A program made the translations under genes and the position numbers. From contig JAKQNF010000016.1 in assembly GCA_029565935.1 (NCBI GenBank), positions 21,889-85,888 of the forward strand: 64,000 bases of DNA. Reading direction: 5' to 3'. The DNA comes from Bacillota bacterium (GTDB lineage: Bacteria; Bacillota; DTU025; MWDF01). Below the pieces are notes generated by a model. It saw only the letters and a list, made by a program, of their open reading frames with translations, was not told the DNA's origin and did not search any database. Below are positions 25,539 through 34,338 of the stretch, one piece after another. The stretch's first letter is position 1, and every line of letters begins with the position of its first letter.

Positions 25539-28147
25539 AGTACTTGAGCCTTGCGCTGGAAGGATTCGGCTGCTTCAGGGAAAGGACCGTCTTCGAGTTC
25601 AAGGGTGGTATAGACACTTTGTACAGGCTCAACGAGTCCGGCAAGAGCACCATGGTCAACGGCCTCGTGCATACGATATACGGGCTGAGGAAACAGGGGA
25701 AGGACAAGTTCCGCTCCTGGCGCGGCTCCCCCTCGTTCCGAGGCGAGCTCACCTTCTCTTCCAAGGGAGGCACGTACAGGATAGACATGGACTTCGCTGC
25801 GGACAAGGTCGCGGTGAGCGTGTACGACGAGGACACGGGTGGCTTCGTGAATCTGATAAGGGGGCAGGTCCATGTCCCGGCGGGGAAGAGGAGCCAGAAG
25901 TACGATGCCTTCGTGCAGGAGCATTTCGGGACGATAGACGTGGAAGTGTTCAGGTCGGCGTTCGTGCTCGAGCAGCCCAACGAGAACGATCCCGGCCTGG
26001 GGAAGGGTTGGGGCCTGACAGCCAAGAGCGCGTACGGTGATTACGAAGGAGCTCGCCAAAAGCTCTTCGCGCGCCTCGGCAAGGACATGTCAACGGGCAT
26101 TACGATGCGCCTTAAGCAATACGGCGAAAGCGACCAGCGCGAAAAGAGGCGGCTCGAGCAGGTCGAGGACTCCATCGAGGAAGATAGGGCGAAGCTGAGG
26201 AGGGCCAAAGAGGACCTGGACAGGATCGCCCCCTTGAACGAGAAGCTGCAGTCGAAGCTGCAGGAGGCTGAAGACGCAAGGCTCAACAAAATGAGCTGGA
26301 CCGGACGAAGGACGGACGTCGAGGCATGGATGAAACTAAGGGAAAGGTGGATCGCAAAGAACGAGGAGCATTCTAGGAAAAAGGCGGACCTTGATCAGAT
26401 CTGCGTGAAAATGAAGGAGAAGCAGTCACACGTCGCCGAGCTGGAAAATCTGAAGGCCGGCTTTGACGGACCGGGCATGCCGCCTTCGCGCCTGGATGCG
26501 ATAATGGACGCCTTTAGCGAGGCCAAGGGGGCCATCAAGGATGCAAAGGCGGTAAAGGCGGGGCATGGATGGCAAGGCGGATTGTCCGGCGAGCTGCTGG
26601 AGACGGACCTGACCGAAGCAGGGGCCGAACAGAGGCTGATGGCCGTCTACGCAAAAGCGTCCGAAGCGCGCAGGATGCTTGATGAGGCCGTCTTTGCGCG
26701 CGAAGCGTGGGAAAGCCGGTTCAAGGATGTGGCCGGCCTTACAGACGATGACAGGGAAATGATGGGAAAAGAAGCCTCGAAGAAGGAGAAAGCGGACCTA
26801 AAAGGCAAGAGCGGCCCTCTGGTCAAGTTCTCTCCCGTTTTGGGGATATTGGCCGGATTCGTTATTGCCTACCTTCTGTTCAGGAAGCCCTCCGACAGGA
26901 CGGCCATGGTGTTGACGATCGCCCTTTGCTCCGTGCTCGGCTTCGTCCTGAAGGCATATCTTGAGAGAAGACCTGCGGTCAAACCTGAAGAGGGCGCATC
27001 AGGGGATTCGGGCCTGGAGGCCAGGATAAAGTTGTTCGATGAGATGAAAGCATCCGTAAAGCCGGCTCTGCCGGAAGACGTAGCGGCGACTTGTCGGCAG
27101 TTGTCGGATGTGATGAGGGATGCCGATTCTCTTTCTCGCCTCGCCCTTATCACAGCGAGGGCCATCGGGCGGATAATGGCGAACGACACAGCCGATGCCT
27201 GTGACATCGCAGGTTATGACATGGATCTCGGTGTGAAGGGTCTCATGGCGAAAGAAGGGGATTTCTGGTCCGAGGCCATAAGGAAGAACAACGCCAAAAA
27301 CGAGCGCCAGAAGCTCATAGAGGCCAAAGCCTCGCAGATCGTGACGGACGAGAAGGTCATAGACGGGCTCATAAACGCAAGAGGGTCCGACATACAAGCG
27401 CTCACGTCCGACGTGGAGGCGACCAGGCAGCAGGCCGAGGCCATCATGTCCGAATGGGAGCGGAAGTTCTCCCACTGTACGTACCTCAAGGTAACCATCG
27501 ACAAGGAAGCGCTCATGGATGCGCAGCAAGAGCTGAGGTTGGCCGAGGAGGGCGAGAAGGAGTACGACAGGATCGCCAAGGACCGCTCCGATGAGGCCGG
27601 AAGGCTCAACGATGAGCTGAGGGAGGCAAGGTCGCACGACATCGACAACATACCGGAGCTGGAAGAGAAGCTAGCGTACGAAGAGGGGCTCAAGGAGGCG
27701 CTGAAGTGCGAAGAACGTGCGCTGGCGCTAGCCATAGAGCAGCTCGACGCGGCCAATGCGGAGTTTGGCTCATCCTCCCTTAAGGCGATGAAGAAGAACG
27801 TCACTGAGCTGCTCGGCTTGATAACCGGAGACAGCGCAAGGGTGGTGGAAGTCGGGGAGGACCTGAGGCTCATGATCTCGTCCGACGGGACGGCCGTATC
27901 GTACGACCAGCTTTCTCAGGGAACGAAGGACCAGCTTAACGTATGCGTCAAGGTGGCGGCCGCGGAGCTTCTGGGCGAGGGCAGGAGCATGCCGATGTTC
28001 TTCGACGACTCCTTCGGCACTACTGACGAGACGAGGCTGGGCAGGATAAGGGAGCTGCTTGTGAGGATGTCCAGAACGAGGCAGTTCATAGTCCTCTCCC
28101 ATTCCAAGGAAATAGACGGATGGGGCGTGAGGGTGAACATTACATAA
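25535..28147 (+). CDS. sbcC: SbcC/Rad50-like AAA ATPase with an internal transmembrane hairpin (YhaN-like)
   Basis: Walker A LNESGKST, long coiled-coil arms, C-terminal signature LSQGTKDQL and Walker B/D-loop MFFDDSFGTTDE. In place of a CxxC zinc hook the arm midpoint holds two hydrophobic helices (LGILAGFVIAYLLF … MVLTIALCSVLGFVL). ATGA overlap with sbcD. Confidence 0.75.
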   Translation: MKYLSLALEGFGCFRERTVFEFKGGIDTLYRLNESGKSTMVNGLVHTIYGLRKQGKDKFRSWRGSPSFRGELTFSSKGGTYRIDMDFAADKVAVSVYDEDTGGFVNLIRGQVHVPAGKRSQKYDAFVQEHFGTIDVEVFRSAFVLEQPNENDPGLGKGWGLTAKSAYGDYEGARQKLFARLGKDMSTGITMRLKQYGESDQREKRRLEQVEDSIEEDRAKLRRAKEDLDRIAPLNEKLQSKLQEAEDARLNKMSWTGRRTDVEAWMKLRERWIAKNEEHSRKKADLDQICVKMKEKQSHVAELENLKAGFDGPGMPPSRLDAIMDAFSEAKGAIKDAKAVKAGHGWQGGLSGELLETDLTEAGAEQRLMAVYAKASEARRMLDEAVFAREAWESRFKDVAGLTDDDREMMGKEASKKEKADLKGKSGPLVKFSPVLGILAGFVIAYLLFRKPSDRTAMVLTIALCSVLGFVLKAYLERRPAVKPEEGASGDSGLEARIKLFDEMKASVKPALPEDVAATCRQLSDVMRDADSLSRLALITARAIGRIMANDTADACDIAGYDMDLGVKGLMAKEGDFWSEAIRKNNAKNERQKLIEAKASQIVTDEKVIDGLINARGSDIQALTSDVEATRQQAEAIMSEWERKFSHCTYLKVTIDKEALMDAQQELRLAEEGEKEYDRIAKDRSDEAGRLNDELREARSHDIDNIPELEEKLAYEEGLKEALKCEERALALAIEQLDAANAEFGSSSLKAMKKNVTELLGLITGDSARVVEVGEDLRLMISSDGTAVSYDQLSQGTKDQLNVCVKVAAAELLGEGRSMPMFFDDSFGTTDETRLGRIRELLVRMSRTRQFIVLSHSKEIDGWGVRVNIT

Positions 28148-28200
28148 ATTCCCGCAATGATTTATGATTATGTTATCTTTGCCGACCGGAGGGACCGCGA

Positions 28201-29496
28201 TTGTTCAAATCCGAAAGAAACGGGATATCGCCTGCGCTTATATGGACTTCATTGATAATCTGCTCCCTCGGGTACTACATGGTAAGCTTCCACAGGATGG
28301 CCCCGGCGGTGATGGCATCCGAGCTGAAGGCCGAATTCTCTACGTCGTCGACGGTGCTTGGCCTTCTTTCTTCCGTCTATTTCATAGTCTACGGGCTGGT
28401 GCAGATCCCGATCGGGTACCTGGTCGACAGGTACAACCCGGGCAAGGTGATGGGCATCTTCACCGCATTCGCGGCCGTGGGATCCGTCCTTTTCGGCATG
28501 TCGACGAGCTTCGGGGCCGCCCTCTTCGCAAGAGGACTCACCAGCCTGGGCCTCGCCGCCATATACGTCCCGGCGACGAAGCTCTTCGGCCAGATCCTGG
28601 ACAGGAAGGGCTTCATGCTCGCCACCGGCATAATCCTCGGCATAGGCAACTTAGGATCGTTGACGGCCACCGGCCCGCTTGCCGCTATCGTAGAGGGCAT
28701 TGGCTGGAGGGCCGCCTTCTATATAATGGGCGGCGCCACGGCAGTCATATCCATCCTCATGGTCACATTCATGGGCAGGGCGAAGTTGGCGGGCACGAGC
28801 GCCGATGGAAAAGCGAGAAGGGCTTCCAGCAGGAAGACGTCAGGTTATGACGTAGCGTTCGCCCTTGTCCTAGGGCTAGGTATCTTCCTGAAGAACGGCC
28901 CTATGTTCAGCTTCCAGGGCCTCTGGGGAGTCCCGTACGTGATGGACGTGCACGGGCTCACCCGCATGGAGGCGAGCTCGGTTATGATGCTTATGGCACT
29001 CTCCGCGTCCTTGGCCGGTCTCCTTACCGGAGTTTTGAACAAGGTCTCGGGTATCGGGGAGCGCAGGATGATGAGCATCACTTCCATATTGTATGCGGTG
29101 TCCTGGATACCGATAGCCATCCCCTTAGGCGCGTACGCCATACCATCCCTCAAGGCGACATCGCTTGTGTTCGGCTCCACGAGCACGATAGTGGGCATAA
29201 CCATGCAGGCCGTTATAGTGGGCGGGGTGGACGAGAGCGTCAGGGGCGCCGTGGTCGGCTTCGTGAACAGCATGTCCATAGCCGGAGGGGCGGTCTTCCA
29301 GCCTTTGATGGGCTACATCCTGGACAGGGCCCAGGCCTTAGGCGCGGGCCTGGCCTCTGGATATTCGTCGGCGCTTATCCTTGATTTGCTGGCGGCCACG
29401 GTATCCGCCGTCTTGTTCATCACCGCCGCGATGCTGGCGAAGAAAACCGAAGGCAAGCTAGATAGCCAGGCCTCCGGATTGGAGGCGGCAAGATGA
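28201..29496 (+). CDS. MFS transporter (paralog family A, copy 2)
   Basis: TTG start 6 nt after GGAGGGA. 12 TM helices; N-terminal motif SFHRMAPAVMASELKAEF. Confidence 0.7.
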   Translation: MFKSERNGISPALIWTSLIICSLGYYMVSFHRMAPAVMASELKAEFSTSSTVLGLLSSVYFIVYGLVQIPIGYLVDRYNPGKVMGIFTAFAAVGSVLFGMSTSFGAALFARGLTSLGLAAIYVPATKLFGQILDRKGFMLATGIILGIGNLGSLTATGPLAAIVEGIGWRAAFYIMGGATAVISILMVTFMGRAKLAGTSADGKARRASSRKTSGYDVAFALVLGLGIFLKNGPMFSFQGLWGVPYVMDVHGLTRMEASSVMMLMALSASLAGLLTGVLNKVSGIGERRMMSITSILYAVSWIPIAIPLGAYAIPSLKATSLVFGSTSTIVGITMQAVIVGGVDESVRGAVVGFVNSMSIAGGAVFQPLMGYILDRAQALGAGLASGYSSALILDLLAATVSAVLFITAAMLAKKTEGKLDSQASGLEAAR

Positions 29497-30806
29497 AGGG
29501 CGGCAGGACATCGGGTGTGGGAGGAAAAACAGGCGGCATCACCGCGCACGGCGGACTCGGCGTGCTGGTAGTATGCTCTTTGTGTTTCTTCCTGGCGAAC
29601 GTGCACAGGATATCCCCAGGCGTCTTCGCCGCGGAGCTCATGCGCGAATTCAGCGCGTCGGCCTCGGTGATGGGTCTTCTTTCTTCCAGCTATTTCTATA
29701 CATATGCGATTCTCCAGGTGCCCGTCGGCATACTCTGCGACAGGTTCAAGCCGGGGCTCGTCATGGGCATATCCATGACGGCGGGAGCGGCAGGGTCTGT
29801 GCTGTTCGCGATGAGCGGCTCCCTGGCCATGGCTATAGTCGGCAGGGTCGTACTGACGGCGGGGATCTCGGCGGTGTTCATAGCGGCGATCAGGTTGTTC
29901 GGCTTGGCCTACGGGAGTGACAGGGCTTCGTTTGCGACTGGAATTATGGTAGCCGTCGGGAACGTCGGCGGCATGTCTGCGACGGGGCCCTTGGCGTATT
30001 CGGTGGTGAACTTCGGCTGGAGGGCGTCCATGTATGCCATCGGGGCGATTACGCTGGCGGCCGGGATTGCCGCCATAGCGCTGACCAAGGATTACGGGCA
30101 CGGATCGCAACAGGACGGTCACCCGGAGGAGGAAGGCCTCTCCTTGAAGAACGGGCGCAAGGACTACCTTACGATGCTGATCCTGCTCTCCCTGGCCGTG
30201 ATGGTACAATACGGCAGCCAGATGGGCTTCCAGGGATTATGGGGAGTCCCTTTCATAACCGACGTATACGGGCTCACAAAGACAGCCGCCGGCAACATAA
30301 TGATGCTGGCAAGCCTCGGGGCCGCGATAGGGGCGCCGCTCATAGGATGGCTCGTGGGAAGCAGGGGCGTCAGCGCCCACAGGCTCGCGCTCGTATCAGC
30401 ATCCATATTCTTCCTGTCATGGTTCGTGGTCATAAAGAAGTGGGACGCATCAGGGCTTGGGATGCTCGGCGCCGGGGCATTCTTGCTTGCCGGCGGCAGC
30501 TCGTTCACCTCCGTGCTCAATCCCTATTTCTGTCAGAGATACGTAGCATCCGGCTCTAGGGGGCTGTTCTTCGGAGTGCTGAACGCCGCCCCCATGTTGG
30601 GAGGAGCGCTCTACCAGCCGATCATGGGATATGTGATCGACGCTTTCGTATCGGCGGGGAAAGGCCTGGAGGCAGGATATTTCTCCGCATTCAGGCTGGG
30701 GCTCGTAAGCGCGGCGGTGGTATTGGCCCTAAGGATCGTCTTCCACTTTAAGTACTCCAGGATGAAGGGCCTGCAGGCCACCGGCACAGAGGAGATGCCC
30801 CAGTGA
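29493..30806 (+). CDS. MFS transporter (paralog family A, copy 3), in tandem
   Basis: ATGA overlap with copy 2; N-terminal motif NVHRISPGVFAAELMREF. Confidence 0.7.
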   Translation: MKGGRTSGVGGKTGGITAHGGLGVLVVCSLCFFLANVHRISPGVFAAELMREFSASASVMGLLSSSYFYTYAILQVPVGILCDRFKPGLVMGISMTAGAAGSVLFAMSGSLAMAIVGRVVLTAGISAVFIAAIRLFGLAYGSDRASFATGIMVAVGNVGGMSATGPLAYSVVNFGWRASMYAIGAITLAAGIAAIALTKDYGHGSQQDGHPEEEGLSLKNGRKDYLTMLILLSLAVMVQYGSQMGFQGLWGVPFITDVYGLTKTAAGNIMMLASLGAAIGAPLIGWLVGSRGVSAHRLALVSASIFFLSWFVVIKKWDASGLGMLGAGAFLLAGGSSFTSVLNPYFCQRYVASGSRGLFFGVLNAAPMLGGALYQPIMGYVIDAFVSAGKGLEAGYFSAFRLGLVSAAVVLALRIVFHFKYSRMKGLQATGTEEMPQ

Positions 30807-30813
30807 ACTAAGG

Positions 30814-31743
30814 TCATAGCCTGCCGGCGTTATACAGGCTCTTCATGTTCCTTGCGAACACGTCATCCAGGTAGGACATGCCGTTCTCCTTCAGGACCTG
30901 CTTGACGCCCGCCTCGAGCCTTCCTTCGGGATCGTCGCTGCCATTAAGCACCCAGGCAGCCTGGTCCTTGTCCAGACCCGATCTGAGCCTTATCCTCTGC
31001 AGCTTCCCATCGTTCATCGGGCAGGCTTCCTGGCATCTCATGCATCCGACCATGCAGTGGCTAAAGCTTTTCTCATACCATCCCGGCAGCTTCTTGGCAT
31101 CCTCGTTCGCGAGCGTCATGCACCTGCTCGCATCGAGCATGAAGCCTCGGTTTTCTATCGCGCCCGTAGGGCATGCCGACTCGCAGATGTCGCAGCCTCT
31201 GCATTCGTCAGAGAGGTAATCCGAGCCCAAATCCTTCTCAAGCGGTCGTATCGGCGCCGGGTACGAGGATTCGACCTGCCTTGTCGCGATGTAGCACCTG
31301 AGCCTTACATAGCTTCCCATGCCGTGAACGTACGCGATGTTGTTCCTGCCGTACTTGGCTAGGCCCAGAAGAACGGCCAAGGTCTTGAAGGGTGCCCTTA
31401 TCGGCGTGGCCTTACCAAACACATTCTCCACGGCGGCGTCTACTTTGCCGATCAAGGCCTTGTCGTCAATATAAGTAGGAGGGACAAGGGCGTATGCCGT
31501 CCTTCCTCCTGCATCCACGGGCATCTCGAACAAAGGGGCCCTCATCGCGGCCATCACCACCGTGGCGCCTGGAAGGTCCATCTCTGATAGCTTCTTCTGC
31601 GCTGAAAGGTAAGTATCGAACACCGCACCGCCGATGTCCCCCCTGAGGGACCTGATCCTTTCGATGCAAAGGTCAACCAGCGCAGCCGGCCCCCACGCGA
31701 ACCTCGCGCTGCCGACCTTATCGAGCTCATCAAAACCGTACAA
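30814..31743 (-). CDS. 4Fe-4S dicluster protein, epoxyqueuosine-reductase (QueG) / reductive-dehalogenase-like
   Basis: Two ferredoxin-type cysteine motifs (CRGCDICESACP and CMRCQEACP) in the C-terminal half; 309 aa. Confidence 0.5.
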   Translation of the reverse strand: MYGFDELDKVGSARFAWGPAALVDLCIERIRSLRGDIGGAVFDTYLSAQKKLSEMDLPGATVVMAAMRAPLFEMPVDAGGRTAYALVPPTYIDDKALIGKVDAAVENVFGKATPIRAPFKTLAVLLGLAKYGRNNIAYVHGMGSYVRLRCYIATRQVESSYPAPIRPLEKDLGSDYLSDECRGCDICESACPTGAIENRGFMLDASRCMTLANEDAKKLPGWYEKSFSHCMVGCMRCQEACPMNDGKLQRIRLRSGLDKDQAAWVLNGSDDPEGRLEAGVKQVLKENGMSYLDDVFARNMKSLYNAGRL

Positions 31744-32037
31744 TCCAAGACACCTCCCGTTGATGCATCTTCAACGCCGACCCGGCCATGACCTTCCGTA
31801 AAGGATTAACCATGACGGCGGCGAAAGGCCTTACCGATAGGCGATACGGGCTCGACCCGAGCATATAATAGTGCCGGGGACCCTTCGGACAGGATCCCCG
31901 GCGGTTAAAAGGAGGAAGGGAAGATTGGTTCTGGCTACATATTAACGTCATATTGAACAATATGCAATATAGCATAAAGTATTTTTTACAGTGCAAAATA
32001 CAGATAATTGCAGATTAGTCGGAAGGAGGCTCGAAAA

Positions 32038-32685
32038 TTGGGACACATTGCCTTCAAATGTGCATATAACGACAATAGGGCTAATGATATGCCGGTCGTC
32101 GGGTACATGGGCGCGTGCACGAGGCCGACCGCGGCGTATAACGTGAAGAAGGGCTCGCCGTGGTGTTCGCTTCCAGAGTGCCCGTGCAGTGCCTATGTTC
32201 TCAAAGGGGAGCCCAGGCCGGAGGAACCTTGCCAGGACAGCAGGATCCTTCTGGAATGGAAAGCATATGCGGGATTCGACCATGACGGGCCGTGGAGCTG
32301 GACGCCGAGGAAGATCAACAACGCGGATGTCGGCGACCTAACCTTCCTTACGACGAGATATCCCGGGGCGGGGGAGGCCGAGCGCTTCATATTCGCGGTC
32401 TTCAGGATAGCCGAGGTGGTTTCCTACGATCCGGACAAATCAGGCTGGGTCAAGGCGGACGATGAGCTAAAGCTCGCGCTTTCCCCGGACGAGCTGGTGT
32501 ACTTCTGGGACCATTACAAGAACCGTGGCAATCCCTCCTACATCGGCTGGGGCAGCGGAAGGTTCAGATACCTTGACGGTGAGCAAGCCAAAAGCGCCAT
32601 GGCCGCCGTCGCGGCCCTGGTCAAAGACCCCAAAAGGAAGGGAATCGCCCTGGAGTTGGCGCGTTTGGCTAAGGCCGGCAAATGA
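32038..32685 (+). CDS. hypothetical Cys-rich protein
   Basis: Start placed at the TTG 8 nt after GGAAGGAGG (the ORF-track start at 32008 has no RBS). Six Cys in the first 70 aa (…FKC…GAC…PWCSLPECPC…EEPC). No family recognised. Confidence 0.4.
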   Translation: MGHIAFKCAYNDNRANDMPVVGYMGACTRPTAAYNVKKGSPWCSLPECPCSAYVLKGEPRPEEPCQDSRILLEWKAYAGFDHDGPWSWTPRKINNADVGDLTFLTTRYPGAGEAERFIFAVFRIAEVVSYDPDKSGWVKADDELKLALSPDELVYFWDHYKNRGNPSYIGWGSGRFRYLDGEQAKSAMAAVAALVKDPKRKGIALELARLAKAGK

Positions 32686-32729
32686 CGCCGGAATAAGGCG
32701 AATGGCCGTGAACCGCCTATTCACAGATG

Positions 32730-32750
32730 GTATAATCTTCTTCAGGCAGG
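32730..32750 (+). promoter_or_regulatory. candidate sigma70-type promoter for hutH (extended -10 TGgTATAAT)
   Basis: …cctattcacagaTGgTATAATcttc… lies 30 bp upstream of the hutH ATG. The -35 is weak (GTGAAC). Confidence 0.3.
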
Positions 32751-32774
32751 AGATTTCCGATTTGGGGTGGTTTT

Positions 32775-34298
32775 ATGGGAAGCCTCGACCTTAGCGGGCA
32801 TCTGAACATAGAGGACGTCATCGACGTAGCACGGAGGAACCGGCACGTAGCCTTATCGGCAAGCGCGCTCGAGCGGGTCACAAAGGCGAGGGACCTGATC
32901 GAGAAGTGCGTGGATAAGCGCAAGGTCGTCTACGGGGTCACGACCGGCTTCGGGAAGTTCGCCAACGTGGCCATATCCAGCGAAGACACGAAGCTCCTGC
33001 AGAGGAACCTGATCATCTCCCACGCCACCGGGGTGGGGGAGCCTCTTCCGGTCGACCAGGCGAGGGCCGTGCTCCTGCTGAGGGCGAACGCGCTCGCCAG
33101 AGGCCACTCCGGCGCAAGGCCGGAGCTCATAGGAATGCTCATCAATATGCTGAACAAGGACGTCGTCCCGGTCATCCCCTCCAAGGGGTCGTTGGGGGCG
33201 AGTGGGGACCTTGCGCCCTTGGCCCATATGGCCCTTACGGTGATCGGAGAGGGTGAAGCCTTCTACAAGGGCAGGAGGGTGCCGTCCTCGGAAGCCCTCG
33301 AGAAAGCGGGGCTCAAGCCGCTGGACCTTATGGAGAAGGAAGGCCTAGCCCTGATAAACGGCACTCCGGTGATGACCGCCATAGCATCGCTTGCCATGCA
33401 CGACACGCTGATACTGCTCAAGGCCGCGGACATCGCGGCCTCCATGACGCTCGAGGCCATGAATGGCCTGAAGAGCGCGTTCGACCTGCGGGTGAGCGGG
33501 GTGAGGCAGCATCCGGGGCATGCGGTGGTGGCAGAGAACGTTCTGAAGCTGACCAAAGGAAGCAGGATGCTTACGGACGCGGGCGGGGACAAAGTGCAGG
33601 ACCCCTATTCTCTCAGGTGCGTACCACAGGTGCATGGAGCTTCCAGGGACGCGTTCTCCCACATATGGAGGGCCGTGTCCGTCGAGATAAACTCGGTGAC
33701 CGACAATCCCCTCGTATTCCCAGACGACGGGGAAGTGATATCCGCTGGCAACTTCCACGGCCAGCCGATAGCCCTCGTCATGGACTACCTCAAGATAGCG
33801 GCGGCGGAGCTGGCCGACATATCCGAAAGGCGCATCGAGCAGATGGTCAATCCCAGCCTCTCGAGGCTTCCTGCGTTTCTTACGGAGCACGGCGGCCTCA
33901 ACTCGGGCATGATGATAACGCAGTACGTGGCCGCATCCCTCGTATCCGAGAACAAGGTGCTCAGCCATCCGGCGAGCGTCGATTCCATACCGACTTCGGC
34001 TAACCAGGAAGACCATGTCAGCATGGGCACGATCGCGGCAAGGCAGGCGATGGAGGTGGTGGGCAACGTAAGGAGCGTGCTCGCCATCGAGCTCATGTGC
34101 GCAGCGCAGGCCCTAGACATGAGAGGTTCGGCCGGGATGATGGGCAAGGGCACCGACGCCGCGTACAAGGTGATAAGGAGCGTCGTCGGGCGCCTTACCG
34201 AGGACAGGGTCATGTACAAGGACCTCGAGAAGGTTACGGCCCTTGTCGAGGACGGTACGCTGGTGGACGTAGTCGAGAGCGTGGTCGGCGAGCTTTGA
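32775..34298 (+). CDS. hutH: histidine ammonia-lyase
   Basis: 507 aa; MIO-forming ASG triad in SKGSLGASGDLAPLAHMA; full-length family match. Confidence 0.9.
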   Translation: MGSLDLSGHLNIEDVIDVARRNRHVALSASALERVTKARDLIEKCVDKRKVVYGVTTGFGKFANVAISSEDTKLLQRNLIISHATGVGEPLPVDQARAVLLLRANALARGHSGARPELIGMLINMLNKDVVPVIPSKGSLGASGDLAPLAHMALTVIGEGEAFYKGRRVPSSEALEKAGLKPLDLMEKEGLALINGTPVMTAIASLAMHDTLILLKAADIAASMTLEAMNGLKSAFDLRVSGVRQHPGHAVVAENVLKLTKGSRMLTDAGGDKVQDPYSLRCVPQVHGASRDAFSHIWRAVSVEINSVTDNPLVFPDDGEVISAGNFHGQPIALVMDYLKIAAAELADISERRIEQMVNPSLSRLPAFLTEHGGLNSGMMITQYVAASLVSENKVLSHPASVDSIPTSANQEDHVSMGTIAARQAMEVVGNVRSVLAIELMCAAQALDMRGSAGMMGKGTDAAYKVIRSVVGRLTEDRVMYKDLEKVTALVEDGTLVDVVESVVGEL

Positions 34299-34338
34299 TG
34301 GCATGCCCGAGTACATATCTTAAGGAGGAGCGAGGTCG

